This document shows positions 62,178 through 62,342 of a stretch of DNA of 62,342 nt, piece after piece. Below the pieces are notes generated by a model that worked only from the letters and a program-made list of their open reading frames with translations, ran no database searches and was not told where the DNA came from. Source of the DNA: Catajapyx aquilonaris (lineage: Eukaryota); assembly GCA_000934665.2 (NCBI GenBank), contig KZ538556.1:1-62342 (forward strand), read 5' to 3'. The position numbers and the translations under genes were made by a program. Within the stretch, counting starts at the first letter, position 1; every line of letters starts with the position of its first letter.

Positions 62178-62342
62178 CAGGGTGTTTATTGTAACTCTGC
62201 AAAGACTTTCAGGGCTAATAGAGGAGACCAAGACAATAATTTTTGACATAGGAACCCGTGTCCGGAAACGCCATCTAGAGGGGGTTCATAGACAAGGAAC
62301 GGGTGCGCTCAGACGCGTCACGCGGGAGGTGCCAGGTGAGCG
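62178..62342. mobile_element. Left end of a Tc1/mariner-type element (truncated by window end)
   Basis: TA|CAGGGTGTTT terminus followed by ACTTTCAGGG...TAGAGGAGACCAA...AGGAACCCGTGTCCGGAAACG, a subterminal pattern I recognise from common insect Tc1/mariner-like elements. Confidence 0.65.

Noticed and set aside
1..62342. The two CAGGGTG termini at the window edges as one giant composite transposon carrying Abd-B
   Set aside because: They face outward (the elements extend off each edge) and differ after 7 nt. They are more likely repeats at which the assembly or window ends.

Overview
Eukaryotic (arthropod, probably non-dipteran insect) genomic DNA from the posterior end of a Hox cluster. The only protein-coding sequence I can support is the N-terminal coding exon of Abdominal-B on the minus strand (8880->8259, MMNGSIYEE...GPLHIPAKR...PYPPPG, ending at a G|GTAAGT donor); the homeobox exon is not visible and should lie beyond position 1. 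Positions 1-8258 are Abd-B intron, and the ~53 kb upstream is a gene desert with GC-rich islands, regulatory motif clusters and scattered transposable elements. The TEs are a complete tRNA-derived SINE with TSD, a tiny 5'-truncated retroposon, several fold-back MITEs, a rearranged mariner relic with a second MITE nested inside it, and Tc1/mariner termini at both window edges. The most notable signals are a candidate 21-nt frame-preserving Abd-B microexon behind a YGCY/UGCAUG-rich mini-intron, uORFs and CTCF-like sites around the start codon, an intronic cluster of four perfect CRE sites, and strong enrichment of the palindrome TAGGCCTA. All calls come from reading the sequence by eye; no searches were run, and I see no wholly new multi-gene system.
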